This document shows positions 45,210 to 55,266 of a stretch of DNA of 64,000 nt, piece after piece (the stretch's first letter is position 1; each line of letters begins with the position of its first letter). A model generated the notes under the pieces. The model had not been told where the DNA came from and made no database searches. It worked only from the letters and a program-made list of their open reading frames with translations. The stretch comes from Sumerlaeia bacterium (GTDB lineage Bacteria > Sumerlaeota > Sumerlaeia > MVZB01): positions 14,202-78,201 of the forward strand of contig JAWLCE010000020.1 of the NCBI GenBank assembly GCA_041687335.1, read 5' to 3'. Both the position numbers and the translations under genes were made by a program.

Positions 45210-46544
45210 GTGGCCATGGAACCCCAAGGATCGAGAAAAATACATCGCATCTGGTGGGTGCTGGGGAGCGTGGCGCTGGCGCCGGTTGTTCTTGTTGTGC
45301 TGCTCAGCTTTGTCTTCTGGCTGGGCGCCCCCAAGAGCGAGCAACTGGCCCTGCCCGCCGACCTGCGATTCTATCCCCCGGCAATTGTTCAAACCGATCC
45401 GCCCCCGGCTCCGGCGCGACCCATCATTGGAGTAAAATTTGAGGAGATCCTGCAGGACCGCGCCGACCCCGCCGCCATCGCCATTTATGAGGACTGGCAG
45501 CGGCAGTGGTATGCGGACAATGACCAGCGCCTGCTCAAGATTACGTCGGACTGGCAACCGGGCCAGCCGTTCACGCCCGAGCTGACGGCCTGGCTCGAGG
45601 AAAACCCACGCTTCGTTAAGGACTTTCATCAACTGGCGGCGTTGGGCGGGCTGCCATGTTATACCGAGGCCGACATGGTCTGGCTGCTCGCGCGCGAGGA
45701 CCTGAAGGCTGCCGACCTGACCAACCTGCCCCTGCCGGATTTCCTGTTGATCCAAACCGGCTGCAAGTTCCTTTGCGCCGAGTCGCGCCGGCTGCGCCAG
45801 TCGGGCGATGCCGAAGGCGCCGCCGACACCCTTCTTAATGCATTGGTCATCGCCCGCTCCTTTCGCCGCCCGCTAGCGATCAACCAGATCTTCGCCGACG
45901 GAATCCAGGGTATGACGCTCGACGAATTGGAGCTGTGGCTGAGGGAGGATCCGCCTCCGACCGCGCTGGCCGCCCGCCTGCGCCGGGAACTGGCCGCTTT
46001 TGAAGTAGCGCTCACCGAGCTGGAGGCCACGCTCGAGCTGTCCGCACAAATCGAGCAGAAGGCGATGCGGCTGGAATACCAGGAGATGCGTGAGCGGCTG
46101 CTGGGGCTGCTGCGGGAGCCGGCGCGCTCTCTGTTCCGTGAATCGCTGCACCGGCGCCTGCCTCCGCAGTTGGCGAAGTTTCCTGAAATCGGAGTCTTCG
46201 ATGTCGGCTTCGCGTTATTGGATAGCCCATGGATGATCTCGACTGAAATCGCTTCGGCGGCAAACGAGGCGATTTCCCTCAAATCGCGGGCTTCGGCCAT
46301 CGTCGGGGAGTTCGACAACCACTGGCGCGAGCGCCTCACCTGCTTTGACTCCTTCGCAAACTACCAGCTCGCAGGAGTTGCGACCTTTGCCGGAGGCCTC
46401 AGGGTCCCGGTTCGTGTCAAAGATGCTGCCGCGCCGGATTTCAGGCTGAAGTGGCGCGAGCAGGCGCTTGCCGCCCAAACCCGATTGCGGGTCATGCTGG
46501 CCGCACTTGATGCAATTGAATCCGATTCCCTGCCTGAGCCGTAA
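45210..46544 (+). CDS. Membrane-anchored alpha-helical periplasmic protein, possibly 3'-truncated
   Basis: Single N-terminal TM; 'GDAEGAADTLLNALVIARSF...LAINQI'; ends abruptly at SDSLPEP next to a pseudogene junction. Confidence 0.7.
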   Translation: MAMEPQGSRKIHRIWWVLGSVALAPVVLVVLLSFVFWLGAPKSEQLALPADLRFYPPAIVQTDPPPAPARPIIGVKFEEILQDRADPAAIAIYEDWQRQWYADNDQRLLKITSDWQPGQPFTPELTAWLEENPRFVKDFHQLAALGGLPCYTEADMVWLLAREDLKAADLTNLPLPDFLLIQTGCKFLCAESRRLRQSGDAEGAADTLLNALVIARSFRRPLAINQIFADGIQGMTLDELELWLREDPPPTALAARLRRELAAFEVALTELEATLELSAQIEQKAMRLEYQEMRERLLGLLREPARSLFRESLHRRLPPQLAKFPEIGVFDVGFALLDSPWMISTEIASAANEAISLKSRASAIVGEFDNHWRERLTCFDSFANYQLAGVATFAGGLRVPVRVKDAAAPDFRLKWREQALAAQTRLRVMLAALDAIESDSLPEP

Positions 46545-46553
46545 ATCCGAAAT

Positions 46554-46882
46554 TTGATCTACCGCTGCCTGCTCCTGCTGGCCGGGCACTACCGCAACAT
46601 GAGCGCGGCATCGACGGCGCGAAGGCCGCGTTCGAGCAGGAGCTGGCCACGCTCGGCCTGCGCCACGGCCCCTCGATCTCGCGCGAGCGCGCCGGCGAGT
46701 ACGGCGACCATTATTTCATCCAGCACGCCGGCCGCCGCCACTTCATCGAGAGCCACCTGCGCAACAACGGCAACACCCGCGACCCCCGCCGCTGCCTCGC
46801 CATCTACTTCCTCTGGCACGAGGAGTCCCAGCAAGTCATCACCTGCTCCCTCCCCGCCCACCTGCCGATCGCGATCAGTTGA
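46554..46882 (+). pseudogene. Frameshifted C-terminal fragment with a RelE-like 'HL..GN.RDPRRCL.IYF.W' tail
   Basis: LIYRCLLLLAGHYRNM / frameshift near 46600 / RGIDGAKAAFEQELATLGL...RAGEYGDHYF...HLRNNGNTRDPRRCLAIYFLWHEESQQVITCSLPAHL*. Confidence 0.65.
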
Positions 46883-46895
46883 GCTCGGCTTCAGC

Positions 46896-46924
46896 TGTAA
46901 CCTTTCTTGACCAGACGCGTCCTA
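46896..46924 (+). promoter_or_regulatory. Putative autoregulatory ECF promoter
   Basis: TGTAAC-N16-CGTCCTA, ~30 nt upstream of the ECF ATG; GGAGG RBS follows. Confidence 0.65.
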
Positions 46925-46952
46925 TGGTGCAGTTTGACCGGGAGGCAGCGGG

Positions 46953-49661
46953 ATGGAGCAGGACAAAGAAATAATCGAGGCGGTGCAGCAGGGGGATCGC
47001 GAGCGGTTCGCCGAGCTGATCGAACGCCATCAGCGGATGGTGTATGCGATCGGCTGGAGTTACCTCGGCGATGCCGACTCGGCCGAAGATGCCGCGCAGG
47101 AAACCTTCATCAAAGCCTACCGTTACCTGCGCGCGCTGCGCGATCCCTCCCGCTTTGCGGGTTGGCTGGCCCGCATCGCCCGCAATGTCAGCACGTCGAT
47201 GCTGCGCCGCCGCCGCTCCGAACTCGACCTGCGCCGCCGCTGGTTGCTGAGTCGGCCTCCCGTAAGTGCGCCACCAGCCGCTGGTGCAGCCGACAATTTA
47301 GACAAGGAGCTACATGACTCACTTAGCGCGGCGCTGGCCGAGCTGGCGCCGGCGCATCGGGAGTGTCTTGTTCTGTTCTACCTCGAAGGCAAGAGCATCC
47401 GTGAAGGCGCGACGGCGATCGGCATCAGAGAGGAGGCGATGCGGACGCGGCTGCACCGGGCACGGCGGGCGCTGCGCGTAAAGATGGAAGATCACCTCGG
47501 CGATGAACTGCGCGAGCTTGCCCCGCGCCGCAATCTGGCTCCCGTGGTCATGCCGCTGTTGCCCATCGAACCGATCGGACTGGCTTGGGCGGGGGGCAGC
47601 TCGGTCGCAAGCAAGGCGCTCAGCTGGTTCGGTGCATTGCCGGCGGGATTCGGCATCATGCTCTGGATGTGGCTGAGCAAGGCCGGCTTTTTCTACCTCC
47701 TCTTGCGCTGGTTTGCCGGCATGGAATCTGCAAACCTGATCCAGCGGCCGGAGAATGATTTTCGCCGCGCCCGTCTGCGCCGCAACGCACGACAGGTTGG
47801 CTTGGCGGCCCTATTGATAATGCTTTCAACAGCCTACTTCGGCTATCTCTTTTCACCACTCGTCATATTCCAAATTCTGTCCATTTATACTGTGGTGGCC
47901 CTCATGTCGCAGATCAGGATCCTGCGCATCAATTGCAGCGCTGTCATCATCGGGCAACTGCTGACTTTGTTCTTCATGCTCGTCGCGAATGTTCTGATTG
48001 GTTTCTTCCATGCCCCATTCACTGTCTTCATCATTGCAATGCTGCTGATCAATGTCATGCTGTACTGGACCAACCGGGAGCTCCCCCGTCGCCAGGATTA
48101 CAACCTTTTCCTTCGTCAAGCCAAGGGGCTCTTGCCTGGGAGTGATCTACAGGCCCTTGCACCACTGGCACGGCCACTTGATGATGTTGAGTTGCGCGCC
48201 TTCGCGAAGTTCATGGGCACTCACTGGCTGGCACGTGATTACCGGGTGCGCAGAGATAAACTGGTTCTCAGGCTACCGCCAGTGGACCCATCTCCCATTG
48301 AGGCGATGTTGATGCTCCCGCTGTGCGGCACGTCCATTGAGATCGGCCGGGATGGGTCCTGCCGAGCGAGGATCTCGGCGGGTGATGCGCGCGCGCTCAG
48401 TGAACTGAGCAGCAACGCCAAAGCTCCTACCCAGCTTCGCGATGACGTGGAGCATGCGGTGAGCATTGGCTTGAGAGAATTTTTAGCCGGTGATGAAGCG
48501 GCTGTGCGCCGTCGCCTGGGTATTGACCTTGAAGAACCCATTTTTTTCGCAAAATTCAGTGAGTCACGGTCCTATCGCTTGCAGTTTGCCATCAGCATCG
48601 GTGCCACGATCTTCGCATTGCTCATGTTCGCCCACATCGGTAGTTGGTCTGCTGGCTGGACTGATCCGGGAGTTTGGAAAAAGCAGCCGGTCAGCGTGGA
48701 GATGGCGCGGTCGGCGCTCGAAGAGTGGATCAGCAGTTACAGCCAGGCCGCGCGGCCCGAGCTGCTGATGCTGTGGCAGAGTCCGGCGCATCCGTCGCTC
48801 GAGCTGATCGGCCCAGAATTGGCCGACCGCTACCGAGATTTGGTGCTAAATGAAATTAATGGCCCTTGGCCTGCCGCCCACCCCGGCCGCATTTTCAACG
48901 CGCTGAATTCGCCCCATCTGCTCTACCATACGCTGACCGTGCCGCTGCTCAGCCGGGAGGAACTGGCCACGCTCGGTTTCGACCGCGAAGGCATTCGCGG
49001 CATGCTGCGCTGGGCCAGCCTCGAGGAGCGTCCGCAGCTTTTCGACCTGCACGGCCAACAATCCAGACGCTCCATTACAATGGCTGACGGCCGGAATTAT
49101 CGGGCGCTGGAGATCGAGTCGCTCGCCCTGCGCCTGCGGATCCTTGCCGAGTTCGACGCGCTCGATAAAATTGACAGGGAAGCAGTTGCCGGGCTGATCG
49201 CCCGCCACCAGGTCGGTCCCGGCTTTGAACTTCCGGAGGGTTTCCACCCGCTCGACATTGAGCAGGCCAGCGGGTTGTTCAACTTCGGCGTGTGCGGCTT
49301 GAGCGAAACTTGGGCCGCGCTGCTGGCGCTCGATGCGCTTGGCGCGCTCGACCTGATCGACCGTGAAGCCTGCGTTGCCGGCATCCTGCGCTTTTATCGT
49401 GGGCGCGGTGAGTTTCAGGAACGCAATTTACGCGATTCCGGCATTCATATTTCCGGTGGCAATGCAGATCGATTTTTCGCCATGGAAAGCCTCTCGCTGC
49501 TGGCTGCACTCGGCCGGGTCGAGGACCTGAAGCGGTGGCAGTTTTCTCCCGAAACAGAATTTCATCGAACCGCTTCGCAATCACGCGGGCAGCAACAGGT
49601 AACCCCACGCGCATGGCAATCGTTGGCATTCCAGGAAAACCATGCTGATCATGTTGAGTGA
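46953..49661 (+). CDS. ECF sigma-70 factor with a ~700-aa multi-TM extension ending in prenyltransferase-beta-like repeats
   Basis: Sigma2 'AEDAAQETF...[11 protein letters not shown]'; sigma4 '[10 protein letters not shown]...MRTRLHRAR'; several TMs; '[17 protein letters not shown]', '[35 protein letters not shown]'. Confidence 0.85.
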   Translation: MEQDKEIIEAVQQGDRERFAELIERHQRMVYAIGWSYLGDADSAEDAAQETFIKAYRYLRALRDPSRFAGWLARIARNVSTSMLRRRRSELDLRRRWLLSRPPVSAPPAAGAADNLDKELHDSLSAALAELAPAHRECLVLFYLEGKSIREGATAIGIREEAMRTRLHRARRALRVKMEDHLGDELRELAPRRNLAPVVMPLLPIEPIGLAWAGGSSVASKALSWFGALPAGFGIMLWMWLSKAGFFYLLLRWFAGMESANLIQRPENDFRRARLRRNARQVGLAALLIMLSTAYFGYLFSPLVIFQILSIYTVVALMSQIRILRINCSAVIIGQLLTLFFMLVANVLIGFFHAPFTVFIIAMLLINVMLYWTNRELPRRQDYNLFLRQAKGLLPGSDLQALAPLARPLDDVELRAFAKFMGTHWLARDYRVRRDKLVLRLPPVDPSPIEAMLMLPLCGTSIEIGRDGSCRARISAGDARALSELSSNAKAPTQLRDDVEHAVSIGLREFLAGDEAAVRRRLGIDLEEPIFFAKFSESRSYRLQFAISIGATIFALLMFAHIGSWSAGWTDPGVWKKQPVSVEMARSALEEWISSYSQAARPELLMLWQSPAHPSLELIGPELADRYRDLVLNEINGPWPAAHPGRIFNALNSPHLLYHTLTVPLLSREELATLGFDREGIRGMLRWASLEERPQLFDLHGQQSRRSITMADGRNYRALEIESLALRLRILAEFDALDKIDREAVAGLIARHQVGPGFELPEGFHPLDIEQASGLFNFGVCGLSETWAALLALDALGALDLIDREACVAGILRFYRGRGEFQERNLRDSGIHISGGNADRFFAMESLSLLAALGRVEDLKRWQFSPETEFHRTASQSRGQQQVTPRAWQSLAFQENHADHVE

Positions 49662-49684
49662 CCGGAGAGAAGCAGACCATTTAC

Positions 49685-50009
49685 TGGTGGCGGCGGACAT
49701 CGTCGGGTAGAGGATCGTCGCCTTGTGCTCGCCGAGGCCGGCCAGGGCGTAAATGGCCAGCTGGTAGAGCATCTCGCGCGGTAGGGGCTTCTCCCACAGG
49801 TCGCGGTATTTGGCGTCGAGCGTCGCGATCGGCCGGCGGTCCTTGAGCACGACGAAGTCGGGGCGCGGCGTGGGGGCCTGGCGGTTGCGCGGGTTCCAGC
49901 CGGGCCGATTCGCCATCATGCCGCGCAGGCCGTATTCGTCGCCCAGTTCGTAGCCGGCCAGGTTCTCGCGCAGAAAACGGCTCAGCAGCGCCTGGAAGAA
50001 GTGGTTCAT
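49685..50009 (-). pseudogene. mcrC: Internal fragment of an McrC-family PD-(D/E)xK nuclease subunit
   Basis: '[13 protein letters not shown]...RPDFVV...LDAKYRDL...LYQLAIYA...ATILYP'; both ends missing; no mcrB in the window. Confidence 0.75.
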
Positions 50010-50403
50010 GTCGGATGGAGCTTTAGGACTGACCTTCTACATGGTGAGGGCCAATACCAGCCGCGGCGGTTCTCTGAGGAGCTGCGCGGATTGTCTGGTC
50101 GATATTGAACATTCTTGCGTCTCGCGAAAATCTGGGCATGCTGAATCTTGGAGATCCCCGGCAGGCAATTTATGATGCGCAATCGGTATTTTGGCAACCG
50201 GTTTGCCGATCAATGCAATGCAGGCACGGATCGACGCTTTGTACGATCCCGGACTGCTGCCTTTAGTTCCTTCAGGACCTTTCCAGTAAGCGAATCTAGC
50301 GTGCTCTGCAGCCTGGCGCACGGTGGCCGATGACCATGTCTCAGCTTGCACCTCCATGACTCGGATTATATTGAATGGATATAGGGCGGCTTATTTACTG
50401 CGG

Positions 50404-50687
50404 TTATTTCTTCCGGCACGCTGCTGCCGCCTGAGTCAGCAGCTCCTCGGCCAGCACCAGCGCGTCGACGGGCCAGAGGCCGGGCGGGCGGGGGTGGGTG
50501 ACGCCGGGAACGGCGAGCGGGCGGCAGCTGAGCAGCCGGGCGGCCGGATCGAGCGCAATGGCGCGGGTGGTGGGGGCATCGGCGGCTGCCGGGAGGGCGG
50601 CTCGGGCGATTGCGCCTGCGCACCCCCAAGCGCCAGCACCAGTGAGCCAGCCAGCAAAACCAGACGAGTGAACGACATCGACTGCAT
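50404..50687 (-). pseudogene. Short secreted-protein remnant, probably frameshifted or truncated
   Basis: Signal-peptide frame (MQSMSFTRLVLLAGSLVLALGGAQA) and an overlapping protein-like frame (...LWPVDALVLAEELL). Confidence 0.35.
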
Positions 50688-50859
50688 CACCACCGGCGGG
50701 CAATCCGCGCCGCCGCCGCCTTTTTCCATACCCCGGAGCGGCTGGACTGGCCGGGGCCGGGGCACCGGCGGATAAGCCTGTCCGGAATGCTGCTATTATA
50801 GTATCAGACGGCGCTCGCGCGGCAATGGTTTGCTGCTGGCTTAAAATGAGGCCGCCGCC

Positions 50860-52428
50860 TCAGTCGCGGCGCAGCAGCTGCCAGGGTCCGAACTGGCGCA
50901 GCGGACCATAACCGGCCGGCGGAGCCTCGAGCGTCAGCAGGAACTCGGGCCGCCGCTGCTCGAGCTGGGCGGGGGTGGCCAAATGCTCCATCTGCTCGAG
51001 CACCCCGCCGATGAACCCGACCAGGTGCAGCGCGTCCATGTGGCGGTCGGCGGGGGCGTAGACGCCAATCCGGGTGGCCGGGCCAAACGGATGCATCCAC
51101 TCGGGCATGCGCGTCTCCTGCTGCAGCCAGTGCCCCAGCGCCACCAGGTCATGATTCAGGCGCGGTCCCTCGGTCTCGTCGAAGCGGTTGGCGGTCAGGC
51201 CGTTGAAGCCGAGCCAGCCGATGCCGAGGAGGGCGAGGCAGGCGGCCGTGGCGAGGCGGCCGGTCCCACCCCGGCGCCAGGCCGGCTCGAGCGCGCGCAG
51301 CGAGAGGGCGAACAACACCAGCAGCAGCGTATAGGGAATGACCACGGCGCGCATCGGGCGGCCGACCCCCGAACTGGCGGCCGACAGCGACATCAGCAGC
51401 ACCAGCGAGAGGATGATACCGGCCAGCACGAGCAGCGGCCCGCGCCGGGGGCCGCGCGCCAGCAGCGCCAGCCCCAGCCCCGCCGCCCCGGCCAGCAGCC
51501 AGCGGAGCTGGCCCACCAGCTCGGCCGGATAAACCCAGAAGCGCCCCCACGCGCCGGCCTGACGCATCTCCTCGCTCATCCAGTCATGCAGCATCTGATG
51601 CTCGTTGCGCAGGAACTGAAGCGGATGGCCCAGCTGGCGATGTGACTCGATCAACCAGAGGAGCGGGAAGGCGGCGGCGGCCAGCAGGATGAAGCCGGCG
51701 GCCAGGCGCCACGAGCGCGACGCCCGCCGCCAGCGCCGTACGAGCGCGCCCAGAAAAAACGGCGCCCCGGCCATGATCGCCATCCAGGCGACATAATGGA
51801 CCGAGGCCGCGGCGAAGAGGAAGCTTCCGGCCGCCAGCGCATCGGGCCAGTGACGCCGGCCGGGTGAGTCTCGCTCGAGGAAACGCCAGCAGCCCGCCAG
51901 CGCCAGGCAGAAGCCGGCCACGGCCAGGTTGTCTGCCAGCACGCCGCTGCCAAACCAGAGGCCGGTGTAGCCGGGCGCCGCCAGCAGGGCCGCGGCCGCG
52001 GCGACCCAGTGGCGGCGCGAGACGGTCAGCGCCAGCCACCAGACCGCCGCCAGCGCAAGAAACTGCGCCGCCTGAATGCCGGCCAGCGCGCCCAGCGCCG
52101 AATTGCCCAGCAGCCGGATCCAGAGGCCGAACCAGGCAATGCCACCCGTCAGCCAGACGCCATCCCAGGTGAACAGGTAGGGGCTGGCGGCCCAGAGGTT
52201 GGACAGGTGCAGCCGGTTGGGCTCATCGAAGGTATGAAACACGAAACCGTGGCGCAGCAGCATGATAGAGGCGGCCAGCCGCAGCGCGACGGCCGCCATC
52301 AGGAGCGCCAGGCCATAGCCGGGGTGGAGTTCGCCGGCCGCAGCCGGCGCGAGGCGCCGGCCCGGCGCCAGCGCCAGCAGCCACAGCCCCACCACGCCCA
52401 GCAGCATCAACAGGCCCATCCATTCCAT
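50860..52428 (-). CDS. GT-C-fold (ArnT/PMT-like) polytopic membrane protein
   Basis: 'FHTFDEPNR', 'WDGVWLTG', 'VLADNLA', 'SVHYVAW'; about 12 TMs and a short C-terminal soluble domain. Confidence 0.7.
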   Translation of the reverse strand: MEWMGLLMLLGVVGLWLLALAPGRRLAPAAAGELHPGYGLALLMAAVALRLAASIMLLRHGFVFHTFDEPNRLHLSNLWAASPYLFTWDGVWLTGGIAWFGLWIRLLGNSALGALAGIQAAQFLALAAVWWLALTVSRRHWVAAAAALLAAPGYTGLWFGSGVLADNLAVAGFCLALAGCWRFLERDSPGRRHWPDALAAGSFLFAAASVHYVAWMAIMAGAPFFLGALVRRWRRASRSWRLAAGFILLAAAAFPLLWLIESHRQLGHPLQFLRNEHQMLHDWMSEEMRQAGAWGRFWVYPAELVGQLRWLLAGAAGLGLALLARGPRRGPLLVLAGIILSLVLLMSLSAASSGVGRPMRAVVIPYTLLLVLFALSLRALEPAWRRGGTGRLATAACLALLGIGWLGFNGLTANRFDETEGPRLNHDLVALGHWLQQETRMPEWMHPFGPATRIGVYAPADRHMDALHLVGFIGGVLEQMEHLATPAQLEQRRPEFLLTLEAPPAGYGPLRQFGPWQLLRRD

Positions 52429-52920
52429 GTGGGTTGCCTCCAGACAAGGATGTCAGCCACGGCTGGAGCACATGATAGGGCACACGCGGGAAATGCCAAG
52501 CTGAAACCGCGCCGGCGGGTCAAAAAAAAATAAGTCGGCCGGATGGGATCACCAACCGGCCAGCATCGACGACGCCGCGCCCGCGCTTGGGCCAGCAGAG
52601 GCCATAAAGCCCCGCCGGCGCCGGCCGCTCGAAAACCCGATGTAACGGCCGGCCGAGCAGGTGCTCGACCACGGCCACGGCGCCGCCAAGATATTGCCGG
52701 TCGCACTGCTTGCTCGGCGGTTTCAACCGTTCAAATCACGAATCACAGATATTCCGTAACGCACAACCCGTGCCAGCCCCCGGCAAAAGCGACAGCTGCC
52801 GGAACGGGCCTGCTTACAGGCACCGGCGCGAAAGCGGTGCGACGCGTGTTGGCGCGGACGCGGGCATTCGACAATCAATATTTGACGCGTGTTTCAAATT
52901 ATGATTGCAGCCAAAGGCGC

Positions 52921-55266
52921 TTACCCGGCCAGAGCCTTGACGATCTTTCGCCACTGCCTGCTGCCGATGGCCTTGCCCTTGATGATTGTCTTGCGGGCCC
53001 GTTCAATCCAGCCGCCGCCAGCGCCTTGCCGGCCGTTGACCCGCCGCTCGACATCCCGCAGCACCTCGCGCAGTTCCTCATCGACATTGGCCGCCGCCAG
53101 GAACTTGAGCATCAGCACAACGTGCCGACCGAAGGCGGCGTGGTCGCTGAAGACCCCTTGCTCGGCAAAGGCCAGCAGAGCGATGGCGGTGCTCATTGCG
53201 CGCGCCTCATCGCTGTCGCCCGGCAAGCCGCCGTCGGGCTCGAGCCGGCCGGCGAGGTCGACCAGAACGTCGTCGGGCGTCGGCTCTTTGGCCGCTGCGG
53301 GCAGCGGTGCATCGAATTCACGCAGCGGGGTATCATCGAAAAAGCGGCGGCGCTGGCGATGCAACGCCATCGTCGGCGCGTCAGCCCCATCGGCCGTTCC
53401 ATGCAAATTATAGGCGATGCACGGGCTGCACATGAAACCGCTGAAGTAGCCGCCCATCTCCACATCCTGCGGCAGGCCGACCGGGACGACGTGCGTACGC
53501 GGCGGATCGCCCGGCTGGTCGGCTGGGTTTTCGACGACCGCCACCAGCGAGGCGGCGCGGCTGGCCAGGCCGAAGCGGCGGCTGAGTGCGAGCAACCGCT
53601 CGTCACCCTCGCGGCCGGTGGCATCGACCTCGGCGTCGGCGATAAGGCGCGAGCCGGCCAGCAGCCGCAACGTCTCGCCGAGCGCACCGGGCTCGATGGT
53701 TGATTCAATTTCAAGCCGCCGCTCGCCCTCGGCGGCCGGCCACTTCGCGACAAGCCTCAGCTTGTCGGCTTGTGTGGCGCTCGCCCAGGCGCGCGCCGGA
53801 GCGCGATCAAAAACGTGGCTCGTTGGCGCCGGCTCGAACTCGGAGCCGTCGCTGCCCTCGATGCTCCAGCGCAGGTCGCAAGCGATCGCGCCGCCGAGGC
53901 GACCGAAGACTTCGAGCGCGGCCATGTCAACCCGCTCGCGCGGGCCCACGCAGCGGCTGGTGCCGCCGGTGCGCCGCGCCAGCAGCTCGAGGAATCGGTC
54001 GCGTGCGGCGCTGCCGATGCCGAGCGCGTGCACGCGCGCCCCGAGTGCTTGCGCGCGGCGGATGATCGACTCGCCCTCCATGACCTGGCCGTCAGTCAGC
54101 AGCATGATATCGCCGCCCTCGCGCCCCAGGACCCGGCCGGCCGCCTCGATGCCGGCCTCCAGTTCCGTCCCGCCGCACACCCCGGCTTTTTCAAGGAAAG
54201 CCCGCGCCTCGCTCCGCGCCGCCGCATCCGCCGGCCGCAACGCGTTGCAAAATGAAATCGTCGTGTCGTCGAACAGCACGATGCCAAACCGGTCTTGTTC
54301 ACCCAGCGCACCGAGCGCCGCCAAGAGCGCGCGTTGCGCCTGATCAAACGGCGCGCCCATCATCGAGCCTGAGCGGTCGAGCAGGAAAACGACCTGCTTG
54401 AGGCCCTGTGCCGCCGCGCCAAACTGCGACGACGGCACCACCGCCGCCACGCGCGCGCGGCCTTCGCCGTCAATCCCGCCGAGCATGAACGGGCGCGCCT
54501 CGCGCGCACGGGCGTCAATGACCAGGTCGCGGTCGGGCAGGTCGGCCTCGGTCGCCAGCGTGAGACGCGCCTCGGCTTCGCCGCGCAGAGCCACGCGCAG
54601 CGGGTGGGAAGGGCTCGAGACCTCCGCCAGCGGCGCGCCGAGGCGCACGGCCAGGTTGAAGCGCACCTGGTGCAGCCCGCGCGCGTCCTCGCTCCAGCGC
54701 GGCATCACCAGGTCATCAAAGATCTCGGCGGGCAACTCGAGCTCGCCGCGGCCATCCTCATCGATCGACGGCCGCGCCTGCGCGTGATAGAGCGGCGGCA
54801 GCGAGAACGGGAAGCGGAAGCGGAAGCCGTCGTCGCGCGCTTCGACGCCCGCCAGCAGCTCCAGGCGCACGGTGACGCGCTCACCATGCTTGATGTTACC
54901 GACGGCGAGGTTGACAAGGCCATCGCCATGGACACGCGCATGCGCCGCCAGGTGGCCTTCCTCGAGTCCCTTCTCGTATGCCTCGCGCGCCTCGAGGACT
55001 GGGCGCAGCTCCGAGCGCGCGATGCCACGCGGGCCGGCAATGCGGAAACGGCGCAGAGCAGCATCGGCCGCCAGCGGGAAGGCGTAGATCAGCTCGCCGG
55101 CGCGCCGCTCGTCCGAGACGAACTCGTGGTGCACGACCAGCCGCGCCCCGACCGGCAGCAGCTCACCCGTCAGCCACAGCGACTGCATCTTGAGGCGGCA
55201 CGGCTTGCCGTCGGCCTTCAGCGGCGCGAAATGTCCAGTGGCCCGCTCAACGCTCGTCGTCGTCAT
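52921..55266 (-). CDS. Cytoplasmic VIT + vWA domain protein with a helical C-terminal domain
   Basis: VIT 'ELIYAFPL...EAREAYEK...VGNIKHGERVTVRLE'; intact MIDAS DRSGS / GGT / TDG; AAGGAG RBS before ATG 55266 (ORF opens at 55290). Confidence 0.9.
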   Translation of the reverse strand: MTTTSVERATGHFAPLKADGKPCRLKMQSLWLTGELLPVGARLVVHHEFVSDERRAGELIYAFPLAADAALRRFRIAGPRGIARSELRPVLEAREAYEKGLEEGHLAAHARVHGDGLVNLAVGNIKHGERVTVRLELLAGVEARDDGFRFRFPFSLPPLYHAQARPSIDEDGRGELELPAEIFDDLVMPRWSEDARGLHQVRFNLAVRLGAPLAEVSSPSHPLRVALRGEAEARLTLATEADLPDRDLVIDARAREARPFMLGGIDGEGRARVAAVVPSSQFGAAAQGLKQVVFLLDRSGSMMGAPFDQAQRALLAALGALGEQDRFGIVLFDDTTISFCNALRPADAAARSEARAFLEKAGVCGGTELEAGIEAAGRVLGREGGDIMLLTDGQVMEGESIIRRAQALGARVHALGIGSAARDRFLELLARRTGGTSRCVGPRERVDMAALEVFGRLGGAIACDLRWSIEGSDGSEFEPAPTSHVFDRAPARAWASATQADKLRLVAKWPAAEGERRLEIESTIEPGALGETLRLLAGSRLIADAEVDATGREGDERLLALSRRFGLASRAASLVAVVENPADQPGDPPRTHVVPVGLPQDVEMGGYFSGFMCSPCIAYNLHGTADGADAPTMALHRQRRRFFDDTPLREFDAPLPAAAKEPTPDDVLVDLAGRLEPDGGLPGDSDEARAMSTAIALLAFAEQGVFSDHAAFGRHVVLMLKFLAAANVDEELREVLRDVERRVNGRQGAGGGWIERARKTIIKGKAIGSRQWRKIVKALAG

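Noticed and set aside
50006-50357. RelE/ParE toxin remnant (…KYRLRI…)
   Set aside because: The motif is too short and frames are inconsistent; cannot be supported without a search
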